In this document: one piece after another, positions 42,267-52,161 of the stretch
Layout of the letters: every line of letters begins with the position of its first letter
Position numbering within the stretch: the stretch's first letter is position 1
Assembly (NCBI GenBank): GCA_964404855.1
Contig: CAYOLO010000001.1
Coordinates: 443,009-507,008 of the forward strand
DNA: 64,000 nucleotides
Direction: 5' to 3'
Origin: an uncultured Gammaproteobacteria bacterium
GTDB lineage: Bacteria; Patescibacteriota; Microgenomatia; CAYQLK01
Made by a program: the position numbers and the translations under genes
Notes under the pieces: model-generated
Seen by the model: the letters and a program-made list of their open reading frames with translations, nothing else
Database searches by the model: none
What the model was told of the DNA's origin: nothing

Positions 42267-43325
42267 GTGACTATTCAACAACTTTTAGAGACGGTTATTA
42301 AAAAAGATGCAAGCGATTTGCATTTGGTTGTCGGCCAGCCGCCAATGTATCGAGTCGATGGTGATTTGACGGCGATTCCTGGGGAAGACATTTTGTCGTT
42401 AGAAGCTGCCCAGACACTTATTTTTGACCTACTTACTTCTGAACAAAAAGAGCTGATTTTGGTTAACAAGGAATTGGATTTTTCTTTTGGACTTGGTGAT
42501 GTAGCTAGATTTAGAGTTAATGCTTATTACCAAAAAGGTTATTTGTCAGCCTCTTTGAGGTTGATTCCTTCAAATATTAAGACTATTGAGGATTTGCAAC
42601 TGCCAAAGAGTTTGCATAATTTTGCCAAAATGAGACAAGGCTTTGTTCTAGTAACCGGACCAACTGGTCACGGAAAATCTACAACATTAGCTTCGATTAT
42701 TAATGAAATTAATCTCGAAAACCCGATGCATATTTTGACAATTGAAGATCCAATTGAATATGTGTATCCAAGAGGCAGAGCTTTGGTTTCTCAGAGAGAG
42801 TTGCATCTTGATACTCACTCTTGGGATATTGCGCTAAGGTCAGCCTTAAGAGAAGATCCAAACGTGGTTTTGGTCGGAGAAATGCGAGATTATGAAACGA
42901 TTGCGGCGGCCTTAACGATTGCTGAAACAGGTCACTTGGTTTTTGCGACACTGCACACGAACTCTGCTTCGCAGACAATTGACAGAATTGTCGATGTTTT
43001 CCCTGAAAATCAACAAGAACAGGTCAGAATACAGCTAAGTAACACTCTGGCTGGAATTGTTTCTCAAAGACTGATGCCAGCTTTAGGTGGAGGAAGAGTG
43101 CCGGCGGTTGAGATTTTGATTGGAACTCCAGCTATTAGAAACCTGATTCGTGAAGGAAAGACTCATCAGATTGATTCTGCCTTGCAGACTTCTAGTGAAC
43201 AAGGAATGGTAACTCTTGATGCTTCGCTTGCAACTTTAATTAAGTCTGGTCGAATTTCAGAAGAAGTTGGACTCTCCTACTCTACAAGACCAGATCAATT
43301 AATGAGATTAGTTAGAGGAGTCTAA
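42267..43325 (+). CDS. pilT: Type IV pilus retraction ATPase
   Basis: ASDLHL, GPTGHGKST, EDPIE, AIRNLIRE. Confidence 0.96.
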   Translation: MTIQQLLETVIKKDASDLHLVVGQPPMYRVDGDLTAIPGEDILSLEAAQTLIFDLLTSEQKELILVNKELDFSFGLGDVARFRVNAYYQKGYLSASLRLIPSNIKTIEDLQLPKSLHNFAKMRQGFVLVTGPTGHGKSTTLASIINEINLENPMHILTIEDPIEYVYPRGRALVSQRELHLDTHSWDIALRSALREDPNVVLVGEMRDYETIAAALTIAETGHLVFATLHTNSASQTIDRIVDVFPENQQEQVRIQLSNTLAGIVSQRLMPALGGGRVPAVEILIGTPAIRNLIREGKTHQIDSALQTSSEQGMVTLDASLATLIKSGRISEEVGLSYSTRPDQLMRLVRGV

Positions 43326-43334
43326 AAAACATAA

Positions 43335-44546
43335 ATGGCAAACTTTTTATATACAGCTAAAGCGGTAAACGGTGATACGGTCAAGGGTTCCGTTGAGGCT
43401 AGTAATGTTGATCAGGCGTTAAACGTTATTAGACAAAACAACTTAACTCCAATAACGATTACGGAAAATAAAAAGGGTATGTTTAATAACCTTTCGTTTG
43501 GTAACTTGTTTGGCAAAGTAAGTGAGGGTGATGTGGCGATTTTTACTCGACAATTATCCAGTATGGTTAACGCGGGATTACCTTTTGCGGAGAGTATGAA
43601 TATTCTCAAAAAACAGACGAAAAATGCGCATTTTGCAGAAGTACTGGATCAGGTTGGTAAAGATGTTGAAGGTGGAACTAGTCTTGGTGGGGCAATGGCA
43701 AAGCATCCGGATGTATTTGGGCGAGTTTATATTAATTTGGTCAAGGCTGGTGAGGCTGGAGGTGTGATAGATAAAATTTTCTTAAGACTTGCAGACTCTC
43801 TGGAAAAATCCAGAAGTTTTCATAGTAAAGTAAAAGGCGCTTTGCTGTATCCGGTGATTCTTTTGGTTTTGATGTTTGTCGTAATGTTTGTGATGATGGT
43901 CTTTGTTATTCCTAAGCTTGCTGACTTATATAAAGATATTGACGCTTCCCTTCCCTTGCCAACTTTGATTTTGATTGGAATTTCTGACTTTTTTGTGAAT
44001 TTTTGGTATCTGATTATCGGCGGAATTATAGGACTCATTATGTTCTACAGATACTGGGGTAACACCGAAGCTGGAAGAGCTGTTTTTGATGATTTGAAGC
44101 TAAAAATACCGGTTTTTGGTAGAATTAATAGAGGTATTATTTTGGTCGAATTTACAAGAACCTTAGGATTATTATTAGAAGCTGGGGTACCGATTATTGA
44201 ATCACTTAGAGTTAGTACAGGTATTGTAAATAACGTTAATTACGAGAAATCATTACTGCTTTCGATAGATAAAATAGAAAAAGGAGCTCAGCTTTATGAT
44301 CAGATTGAGGAGTCAGAAATTTTCCCTCCGATAGTGTCACAAATGGTCAAAGTTGGAGAAGAGACGGGTAAGTTGGATGATGTTTTGAATAGACTGGCTA
44401 ATTATTTTGAGAACGAAGCTGACCAATTAGTCAAAAATGTGACGACGGCTTTGGAGCCATTTATTTTAGTAATTCTAGGTCTTGGTGTGGGGTTACTTGT
44501 TATTTCGATTATTCTGCCTATCTACAATCTTACAAGCAAATTTTAA
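43335..44546 (+). CDS. pilC: Type IV pilus platform protein PilC/GspF
   Basis: FTRQLS, AGEAGG, VGEETGKL, LEP. Confidence 0.95.
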   Translation: MANFLYTAKAVNGDTVKGSVEASNVDQALNVIRQNNLTPITITENKKGMFNNLSFGNLFGKVSEGDVAIFTRQLSSMVNAGLPFAESMNILKKQTKNAHFAEVLDQVGKDVEGGTSLGGAMAKHPDVFGRVYINLVKAGEAGGVIDKIFLRLADSLEKSRSFHSKVKGALLYPVILLVLMFVVMFVMMVFVIPKLADLYKDIDASLPLPTLILIGISDFFVNFWYLIIGGIIGLIMFYRYWGNTEAGRAVFDDLKLKIPVFGRINRGIILVEFTRTLGLLLEAGVPIIESLRVSTGIVNNVNYEKSLLLSIDKIEKGAQLYDQIEESEIFPPIVSQMVKVGEETGKLDDVLNRLANYFENEADQLVKNVTTALEPFILVILGLGVGLLVISIILPIYNLTSKF

Positions 44547-44569
44547 ACATTCTTGAAGGGGGGTGAAAT

Positions 44570-45136
44570 ATTATTAACAAACTAATTAAGAAACAAATTC
44601 AAAGAGGTTTTACACTTATCGAGCTATTGGTCACAATTGCGATTATTGGAGTGCTAGCCGGTGTCGTTTTGATTGCAATCGACCCAGCTAAGCAGATTCA
44701 GCGTGCAAGTGATGCTGGAAAGAAATCAGATATTTCACAGATTGCTGGTGCACTAGAGGCATATGGTGTTTCGCATAACGCTGTATATATTATAGGTGTA
44801 ACCGGATCGCTATCTGGTGGTGTTGAGGGTGCAGCTAGTGCCGGAACTTGGGATGCCACTTTGGTTACATCAGGTGAGATCAAAAATGTGCGTGATCAGG
44901 CTGTAGTCTATGACTCAACAGCAACAGGATTGACATTTAGAGTTTATCGCGCTTTAGCTGCCACCCAGTTGGCCTGGGAGGAAGGCTCTAATGATCAAAC
45001 TGCTGGTGGAGCAACAACAACTTGTAACGCAGCTTATCCAGGTGGATCAGCCGCTGTGTACTATGTCTATGACACGACTGCAGGTAAGCCATATTGGCAT
45101 TGCCACGCGTCAGGAACTGCTCCTACTGCTTTATAA
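44570..45136 (+). CDS. Probable major type IV pilin (non-canonical ATT start)
   Basis: QRG|FTLIELL prepilin motif at 44600-44629; no ATG/GTG/TTG between the in-frame TGA (44564) and the motif; strong GGGGGTGA SD. Confidence 0.85.
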   Translation: MINKLIKKQIQRGFTLIELLVTIAIIGVLAGVVLIAIDPAKQIQRASDAGKKSDISQIAGALEAYGVSHNAVYIIGVTGSLSGGVEGAASAGTWDATLVTSGEIKNVRDQAVVYDSTATGLTFRVYRALAATQLAWEEGSNDQTAGGATTTCNAAYPGGSAAVYYVYDTTAGKPYWHCHASGTAPTAL

Positions 45137-45231
45137 GCATGTGTAGAAAACTGCCCGAACATTCTTATTGGCTCAATACAAATCGGTTGCAAACGGTTTG
45201 GCTTATGAGCCATTAAGGGTCGGGAAAAAAT

Positions 45232-45828
45232 ATGAGAGACAAAGGATTTACTTTAATTGAATTGTTGGTAACGATTACGCTACTTGGTGTGCTTTCGGGG
45301 ATCGCTTTTACTTTGATTGATCCCGCTTCTCAAGTTGCCAGAGCAAAAGACAATAGTATTAAAGCTGAAATTAATCAAATTGCTGGAGCAATGGAGGCTT
45401 ACGGAGCTGAGAATAATGGTAGGTATGTTGTAGGCGTAACGACTGCACCAGCAAACCCAGGAACATTATCTGCTCCAAATGAGGGCTGTGCAGGGACTGC
45501 TGGAATTTGTCCGAGCGGAATTGCTGAAAACAGAGGATGGGATGAGCTACTCGTGGCTTCAAAAATTGTCAAAAATGTCAAAAATCAAAATATCGTTTAT
45601 GACTCAGATGGTAATGGGTCGAGATTCAGATTGTATGCCCTACTAAATGCGACAAAGATTGAGGGAGCAAAGGGTCAATTGGATACTATGAATTCCCCGA
45701 CTTGTAATTCTGGTACTTATGTATACGGGGATAATGCTGAAGTTTATTATGTTTATGACTCATTACTTCAGTTAACTTATTGGTGGTGTACTTCTGCTGG
45801 ACCAGTTTGGCCACGTCCAAGCTTATAA
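45232..45828 (+). CDS. Type IV pilin, paralog of the upstream pilin
   Basis: KG|FTLIELL; shares QIAGAxEAYG, KNV, VYDS, VYYVYD. Confidence 0.9.
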   Translation: MRDKGFTLIELLVTITLLGVLSGIAFTLIDPASQVARAKDNSIKAEINQIAGAMEAYGAENNGRYVVGVTTAPANPGTLSAPNEGCAGTAGICPSGIAENRGWDELLVASKIVKNVKNQNIVYDSDGNGSRFRLYALLNATKIEGAKGQLDTMNSPTCNSGTYVYGDNAEVYYVYDSLLQLTYWWCTSAGPVWPRPSL

Positions 45829-45884
45829 AAATTTATTTACTTTCTCACTATTTAATATATTACGGCTATAATTTTTAGATACTT

Positions 45885-46655
45885 ATGGAAATAGTTATTT
45901 TTTTACTTTTTGCGTTTGTTTTTGGCCTTGTGATGGCAAGTTTTTTTGGTTCGCTATCTTATAGGTTAGAAACTGATAAAAAATACTTACTCAAAAAAAG
46001 ATCATTTTGTCCAAGCTGTAAACATGTTTTGAGTTATAAAGATTTGATACCTTTATTTAGTTATTTATCAGTAGGTGGTAAGTGCAGGTATTGCAAGAAA
46101 AAAATATCTTTTTCATATCCGATTTCTGAAATAACAGTTGGTGTTTTGTGGGTGTTTTTTGCTTATGGATTATGGTCACATCCAACTTTATGGAGTAATC
46201 AGCTGATTATTCTGAATGTTTTACTTTTATTGGTTTTGAGTTTTTTAACAGCCATCGATATTTTTTACTATATTTTGCCCCACGAGTTAAATGTGCTTGC
46301 TTTGGTGGTTTTACTGATAATTAATAATTTTGATTTCTCCCCTTTTCGTTTGTGGGGGGTAGTTGTTGCAGTTGGTTTCTTTTTATTACTGTGGGTAATT
46401 ACAAAGTTTAAAGGGATTGGTCTTGGGGATGTGGGTTTGGCGGTTTGGATGGGGTACGGTTTGGGACTGCCTGTAATTATTTTGGGGTTAATGCTTTCGT
46501 TTATTTATGGAGCAGTTTTTGGAGTTGGGCTGATGGTTAAAAACAAAAAAGGTATTAAGCAAGCTGTTCCTTTTGGTCCGTTTTTGGTTTTTGGATTTGT
46601 GACAGCTTGGTTTTGGGGAGAAATTATTCTGAAATGGTATGTTTCAAATCTTTAA
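45885..46655 (+). CDS. pilD: Prepilin peptidase (A24)
   Basis: RSFCPSC, GKCRYC, ID, GLGD, PFGPFL. Confidence 0.93.
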   Translation: MEIVIFLLFAFVFGLVMASFFGSLSYRLETDKKYLLKKRSFCPSCKHVLSYKDLIPLFSYLSVGGKCRYCKKKISFSYPISEITVGVLWVFFAYGLWSHPTLWSNQLIILNVLLLLVLSFLTAIDIFYYILPHELNVLALVVLLIINNFDFSPFRLWGVVVAVGFFLLLWVITKFKGIGLGDVGLAVWMGYGLGLPVIILGLMLSFIYGAVFGVGLMVKNKKGIKQAVPFGPFLVFGFVTAWFWGEIILKWYVSNL

Positions 46656-46709
46656 TATAAGTAAATGATTTGCACAAACACTAAGGGTAAACATAATATT
46701 AAGTAAGTA

Positions 46710-47303
46710 ATGCAACGATACCTGCCTAAATACAAAAAAGGATATTCGATAATTGAGCTTTTGGTGGTTGTGGTAATTATGGGTTTTTTGGCCGCACTGG
46801 TTATTCCTTCCTTTAGTAATTTTCAACAAGACCAAGATCTTAAGTTATCAGCTGAGGAAATGAAGGCTAATATTCGCTTAGCCCAAAGCAGGTCTTTGTC
46901 TGGATCGAAAGGAACGACTTGTAACGCAACAGATACATTACTGGGTTGGTATTTTGCGATTCAATCCGGGGCTTCCCAGAATACATACAGTATTGCTGGA
47001 GCTTGTCGAAGTGTGACAAATACGGTAACACCTTTTAATACCGAGCTTAAATCGACCAAAAATTCCAAAGTCGTGATAAGTAGTGTAAGAATCGACGGTG
47101 TAGCTCAACCAAGCCAGATTTTTGGACTTTTTGCACCAGTTAACGGAAAAATTAGTTATTACCCAATTAACTTTGCGTCAATTCCAGTTATTGCAACTCA
47201 GCAAGTTGAGATAACATTAACGAATAATAGTATTTCTGATCCAACTGATAATACACAAAGAGTCATAATAACTAGATCAGGAGAAGTTTATGTTACGAAA
47301 TAA
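46710..47303 (+). CDS. Minor pilin (FimT/GspH-like)
   Basis: KG|YSIIELL, IRLAQSRS. Confidence 0.85.
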   Translation: MQRYLPKYKKGYSIIELLVVVVIMGFLAALVIPSFSNFQQDQDLKLSAEEMKANIRLAQSRSLSGSKGTTCNATDTLLGWYFAIQSGASQNTYSIAGACRSVTNTVTPFNTELKSTKNSKVVISSVRIDGVAQPSQIFGLFAPVNGKISYYPINFASIPVIATQQVEITLTNNSISDPTDNTQRVIITRSGEVYVTK

Positions 47304-47856
47304 AACAAATAGCAAAGTAAATAGTGGGCAAACATTAATTGAGGTTTTGATTGCGTCAGCGATTGTGGTTTTGATTTCTGTCTCACTTATTTCCGCCTCA
47401 CTAATTTCTGTGAAAGATTCTAAGTTTTCGCAAAACCAATCAATAGCGGCTGAGTTAACCCAAAAGATGGTTGAGGAGGTTAGGGCTGAAAGAGATAGAA
47501 GGATTACAGCTGATGATTGGGCTGGTTTCTTTGCCTTAGCTAGTGGGTCGTCTGCTTGTTATGGATATTCGGGATCTCCGGCTAATTTTAATTTAACTGC
47601 GGCAGTTTCTTGTGCATCGGCTTCGGTGCCTGTGGTGATTGAAAATGTAGAATTCTATCCTTTAACTAGAATTCAAGAGCTTGATACTAATCAAGGACCA
47701 TATGCCGTTTGCGTATTTTCGACTGTTAGGTTTAATGACAGTACTGGCGCTAGGTATTCAAAAAAGAAGACAATTTTGACTGATTGGACTCAAGGAGGGC
47801 TGACTTATGTAGCAGCTGATGAGACAAGTTGCGAGACTGGAGATTTTAGTTTTTAG
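47290..47856 (+). CDS. Minor pilin (PilV-like)
   Basis: SG|QTLIEVL. Confidence 0.82.
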   Translation: MLRNKTNSKVNSGQTLIEVLIASAIVVLISVSLISASLISVKDSKFSQNQSIAAELTQKMVEEVRAERDRRITADDWAGFFALASGSSACYGYSGSPANFNLTAAVSCASASVPVVIENVEFYPLTRIQELDTNQGPYAVCVFSTVRFNDSTGARYSKKKTILTDWTQGGLTYVAADETSCETGDFSF

Positions 47857-47859
47857 TTT

Positions 47860-48405
47860 ATGAAAAAAATAAGTAAAAAGGGATTTACAATTGTTGAGGT
47901 TTTGGTCGTTATGGCTATTCTGGGCGTGGTATTAACTGCTGGTACTTCGGTTTTTATTTCAACGATTTCTACAAGTAATAAAACACAGGCGCAGATTAAT
48001 GTTAAGGAAGCCGGTAGAAATGCCTCTGAACAGATAACGAGAAAGATTCAGGCAGCACGTGGTTTGGTTCAGGTTTCTTCGACACAGGTATCAGTGATTG
48101 ATGGCGATGGAATAAGTTCGCTACTAACATGTATTAACGGTACGGCTGCGACAAATGGTAGGTTAGAAATTACTAACGCGGGTCTTGCTACTGGCTTAAC
48201 CTTTTATGATCCGGCAGATAATACCAAAGGTGTAAATATAACTGGATGTGATTTTCAAGTGGTTAACGGGACTAGCGGCAAAGAGCCCCCAGCTCTTCAA
48301 TACACATTTAATGTTAGTCAGCCGGTTGGTGCTCCCACAAGGCCGGAATATCAAGCTAGTATAAAAATAGAATCTTCGGTTGTTTCGAGAACATATGAGT
48401 TCTAG
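47860..48405 (+). CDS. Minor pilin (PilW-like)
   Basis: KG|FTIVEVL. Confidence 0.85.
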   Translation: MKKISKKGFTIVEVLVVMAILGVVLTAGTSVFISTISTSNKTQAQINVKEAGRNASEQITRKIQAARGLVQVSSTQVSVIDGDGISSLLTCINGTAATNGRLEITNAGLATGLTFYDPADNTKGVNITGCDFQVVNGTSGKEPPALQYTFNVSQPVGAPTRPEYQASIKIESSVVSRTYEF

Positions 48406-48432
48406 ATTTGACATTAAATAGTATTAACTACT

Positions 48433-49338
48433 ATGCTGAAAATATACCTAAGAAACATGCCCAAAAAACTTAATTCCCAAGGACAAATTTTAATCGTCGT
48501 ACTTTTGATAATGGTCGTAGCACTTGCAATTGGTTTGTCGGTTGCAACTAGATCGCTGACTAACTTAAGGGTATCCACTCAGTCAGAATTTTCTCAACGA
48601 GCTTTTAGTGCGGCTGAGGCAGGAATCGAAAAAGCCTTAGGTAGTGGAAATGCTAATTTTGCTGATAATTTTACTGTCGATGTCGGTGGTAGCTCGGTTG
48701 CGGTTGATGTGACAAGTCAGAGTTTGGCATATGTAGAAAGTGTTTTGGCTAGTGGCGGTGTACAAGAAATTAAAGTTGATACACAAGCGCCTCAAAACAG
48801 AACTGCAACAAGCATTGTGTTGTATTGGGGTAATAATGCAACAGGATCTGACGAGAGAACTAATGTTCCTTCGATTGAATACACACTAGTGGATGTTGAT
48901 GGGTCAGGGAATGTGATTATTCCACCTAATGTTGGTTCGGTTCGTGGAAAAGCCGCGATGAATCCGCCTGGGTCAACGCGCGCAAATGGGTTTTTGGCAG
49001 GAACTACGCCAGCGTCGGGGTTTACTTCCCCAGGTGGTAAGTCATTCCAGGCTAAAACTGAAATATTCCTTAACGCTAATACAAAAATTGTCAGAATCAG
49101 AGCAATTTATAATACCGCCACGATTTATGTGGAAAGCGGTACTTCTTCAATTAATGCTAGTCCGGCTATTATTCCTGAACAGGTCGATATAACCGTCTCA
49201 AAGGCAAAAGTGCCAATTGGAGAAGAAGGTGGTCAAAGTAATCTTACGAGGGCTGTTCAAGTGGTAAAAAGTAAGCCAGCATTGCCAGCGATATTTGATT
49301 ATGTGCTATTCGGCGCAAACGGTATTATTAAACAGTAG
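48433..49338 (+). CDS. Minor pilin PilX-like (true start possibly ATG 48457)
   Basis: QG|QILIVVLL without E5, AFSAAEAGIE. Confidence 0.85.
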   Translation: MLKIYLRNMPKKLNSQGQILIVVLLIMVVALAIGLSVATRSLTNLRVSTQSEFSQRAFSAAEAGIEKALGSGNANFADNFTVDVGGSSVAVDVTSQSLAYVESVLASGGVQEIKVDTQAPQNRTATSIVLYWGNNATGSDERTNVPSIEYTLVDVDGSGNVIIPPNVGSVRGKAAMNPPGSTRANGFLAGTTPASGFTSPGGKSFQAKTEIFLNANTKIVRIRAIYNTATIYVESGTSSINASPAIIPEQVDITVSKAKVPIGEEGGQSNLTRAVQVVKSKPALPAIFDYVLFGANGIIKQ

Positions 49339-49386
49339 GTTTTTACTGGTAGGAAAGATTTTTTCATAACAAGTATAGTTAAGTTA

Positions 49387-50406
49387 ATGGCTAATAATAT
49401 TTGTGTTGGTCTCGATATCTCAAACTCTGCTGTTAAAGTAATTGCTTTAACTATGGACAAGCCTCAAAAGTTATCAGGTTGGGGCAAAGTTGATTTGCCG
49501 TCAGGAATTAACCCGCTGTCCGAAGCTCCAGAACATACTGCTCCACTTGTTGAAAGTATTAAAAAACTATTTTCTGCCTCGAAGGTACAAAAAGACAATG
49601 TGTATTTGTCATTACCTGAGTCGCAGGTTTTTAGTCGTATTATTGAGATGCCTAATTTGACCGAAAGAGAGTTGTCGTCGGCCATTAAATGGGAAGCTGA
49701 ACAGTATTTACCTTTTCCAATAAAAGATGTTTCGATTACTTGGGAAGTAGTTTCCCGTCCTGAAAATCCAGCAGAAAAAATGAAAGTTTTTTTGGTAGCT
49801 GCTCCGCTTAAAATTGTGAACCATTTTTTTGATGTCTGCACGCATGCTGGTTTAAAAATTGCTTCGATGGAAAGTGAGGGAACAGCCTCAGCAAGAATAG
49901 CTGCTCCTCCTGGTTCCCCTGTTACTTTAGGTGTTTCGTTAAAAGAAGATGGTGCTGATTTTTTCGTTTTTCGTGAAGGAAAAACAACTTATTCGAGATC
50001 GATTACAACTGGGGCAAGAGCTTTGACCAGAGCCTTAGTAGCTGAGCTTGGTTTAAATGAGGCTCAGGCTGTCGAATATCGTGACGCTTATGGTTTACTT
50101 AAAGATCAAATGGAGGGAAAAATTGCAGCAACCATAGCACCAGTATTTGAGTTGATTGTTTCTGAAATTGGTCGAACAGTAGCACTAGCTACAGCGACAG
50201 AGCCGCTGTTTCCTGTTAGGAGAATCAGTTTGTTTGGCCCTGGGGCGTCATTACCGGGGCTTACACAATATTTGACAGAAAGACTTAGTTTGGAGGCCGA
50301 AATAACTGATCCGTTTGTGCAAGTCGACTCAGCAAATATTCCGCAAGACTTGGCAAAAATCAGGAGTATTTTTGTTACACCAGCGGGCCTTGCTCTACGA
50401 AGCTGA
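49387..50406 (+). CDS. pilM: Type IV pilus assembly protein PilM
   Basis: VGLDIS, WEAEQYLPF, LVAAP, GPGASLPGL, GLALR. Confidence 0.92.
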   Translation: MANNICVGLDISNSAVKVIALTMDKPQKLSGWGKVDLPSGINPLSEAPEHTAPLVESIKKLFSASKVQKDNVYLSLPESQVFSRIIEMPNLTERELSSAIKWEAEQYLPFPIKDVSITWEVVSRPENPAEKMKVFLVAAPLKIVNHFFDVCTHAGLKIASMESEGTASARIAAPPGSPVTLGVSLKEDGADFFVFREGKTTYSRSITTGARALTRALVAELGLNEAQAVEYRDAYGLLKDQMEGKIAATIAPVFELIVSEIGRTVALATATEPLFPVRRISLFGPGASLPGLTQYLTERLSLEAEITDPFVQVDSANIPQDLAKIRSIFVTPAGLALRS

Positions 50407-50443
50407 AGTTGTATATGATAGAGATATTAATAATTAATTAACA

Positions 50444-50989
50444 ATGTCCGACATTAACTTGCTGCCCCAAGATATACAGGCGGCGCAATCAAGAAAAGCT
50501 TCTCCGGTACAAAAAATAGTCATAGGATTATTGGTTGTTTTGGCAATATTTATTGCTATTATTTTTGGTGCGAGTTTTTATGTTAATGGTCAACTGGGAA
50601 CCTTAGCCTCTAAGGCAAAGACCTTAGAAGATCAGATTGTTTCTAAACAAGCAACTGAGTCGAAATTATTAGTCAGGAATGAAAAAGCAATTGCTGTTCG
50701 AAATGTTTTAGCTCAGAGAATAGACTATGTAGGAATATTTAGAACGCTAAAAAGTATTTTGCCCGATGGAGTTAAGTTTACAGATTTTAGTTTTAAAGAA
50801 GGTAATTCAATCACGATTAATGGTAAGGCTCTATCGGCTCAAGATCTTTCGACATTTACCACACTACTTCTAGATCCTTCTAAGGGTGGAAAAATGTTTA
50901 GTGATGTTAACTTGAGTTCAATTCAGGGTCGTGAAGATGGCAGTTTTGATTTTACAGTTAGTGCTATCGTAAAAGTCGTAGGTAAATAA
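50444..50989 (+). CDS. pilN: PilN domain protein
   Basis: INLLP motif then TM helix. Confidence 0.88.
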   Translation: MSDINLLPQDIQAAQSRKASPVQKIVIGLLVVLAIFIAIIFGASFYVNGQLGTLASKAKTLEDQIVSKQATESKLLVRNEKAIAVRNVLAQRIDYVGIFRTLKSILPDGVKFTDFSFKEGNSITINGKALSAQDLSTFTTLLLDPSKGGKMFSDVNLSSIQGREDGSFDFTVSAIVKVVGK

Positions 50990-50990
50990 T

Positions 50991-51815
50991 ATGGAATTTG
51001 GAAACAGTATAAATAATAGTCCAATAATAAAGACAGAAGCTAAAAGAGCTAAAGGTTTGCTGATTCCTGCTATGGCGCTATTGGTGATGCTGGTTGTTTT
51101 GTTTACAATCGGAATTCCAAAGCTAACTGAAACAGCTAATTTGTTCAATAGTATTTCACAAGCAAATACCGACTTGAAAAATTTGGAAGATAAAAATAAA
51201 GTTTTGGCATCGGAAAATGCTTCACAATTACAAAGCGATATTTCGCTACTCAATTCCGCAGTTCCTTCCTCGAAAGATGCCATTGGGTTGGTGTCTGGAA
51301 TGCAAAGACTGGCTGCTGAGAACGGGCTTATTATGCAGACAATTCAGGTTGCACCAGGCAAGCTTAGATATGTTCAAAAAGAATCTTCGGGATCAGCAGT
51401 AATTGTTCCTGTTTCTGAACAGACCGCAGCAGAGGTTACAGCTGATGAGATTGTTGCACCTACTGGTTCGAAAGTGGTTGAAGGTGTTGAAACCTTTGAT
51501 TTTCAGGCGACTATGACTGGGCCGTATGTTCAAGTGGAACAGTTTTTGGCTGCATTTCCATTGACATTAAGGCTAATTGATCTTAATCAGATAAATATTT
51601 CAACTGAGGGTGACGCTTCTTTAGGGCTAGTCAGGGTATTAGTGTCAGGTGTTGCCTATTACAAAACCTTGCCTGCAACCTTGCCTGATCCAAAATTGGA
51701 GATTACTAAATTAACTAAAGAACAGATTGATGCGATTGCCAAAATAAAAGGATACCGAGTGGTCTCTACCCTGCCAGATCTTAAATCGACGGGTTCGGTT
51801 GAAAATCCGTTCTAG
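50991..51815 (+). CDS. pilO: PilO-like protein
   Basis: TM helix, coiled coil, GPYVQVEQFL...RLI; follows pilN. Confidence 0.75.
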   Translation: MEFGNSINNSPIIKTEAKRAKGLLIPAMALLVMLVVLFTIGIPKLTETANLFNSISQANTDLKNLEDKNKVLASENASQLQSDISLLNSAVPSSKDAIGLVSGMQRLAAENGLIMQTIQVAPGKLRYVQKESSGSAVIVPVSEQTAAEVTADEIVAPTGSKVVEGVETFDFQATMTGPYVQVEQFLAAFPLTLRLIDLNQINISTEGDASLGLVRVLVSGVAYYKTLPATLPDPKLEITKLTKEQIDAIAKIKGYRVVSTLPDLKSTGSVENPF

Positions 51816-51930
51816 TTTTTTAAGTGTATTTAAAATTCTCAATAAATTTGTAAATAATTTGTCCTATAGTATTTGATTTTATGCCTAATTTGTGATATAA
51901 TTAGGATATATTAAGTTACGGAGTTGCACT

Positions 51931-52134
51931 TTGGACCAAGAACTTATTGAACAGGTTGAGGCTTTTGTTGCCATGTTTGGCGAATTCGATTCGTCAGATG
52001 CTGAGTTTTCTCACCACGAAGCAGGCTTCCTGAGGCTAGTGCTAACCGAGCGGGCTAGCGAGTTGCCAGAAGAGCTGTTGGCATCCCTTCGCAAGATTGT
52101 GGCCGACCGACAGGTTCGCTTTCACACTCGATAA
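51931..52134 (+). CDS. Small hypothetical islet protein (67 aa)
   Basis: TTG start with GGAG SD; promoter TTGATT-N17-TATAAT at 51873-51901; GC-richer. Confidence 0.6.
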   Translation: MDQELIEQVEAFVAMFGEFDSSDAEFSHHEAGFLRLVLTERASELPEELLASLRKIVADRQVRFHTR

Positions 52135-52161
52135 TTCAGTTTTTTCCCGTTTTAAGTAAAA

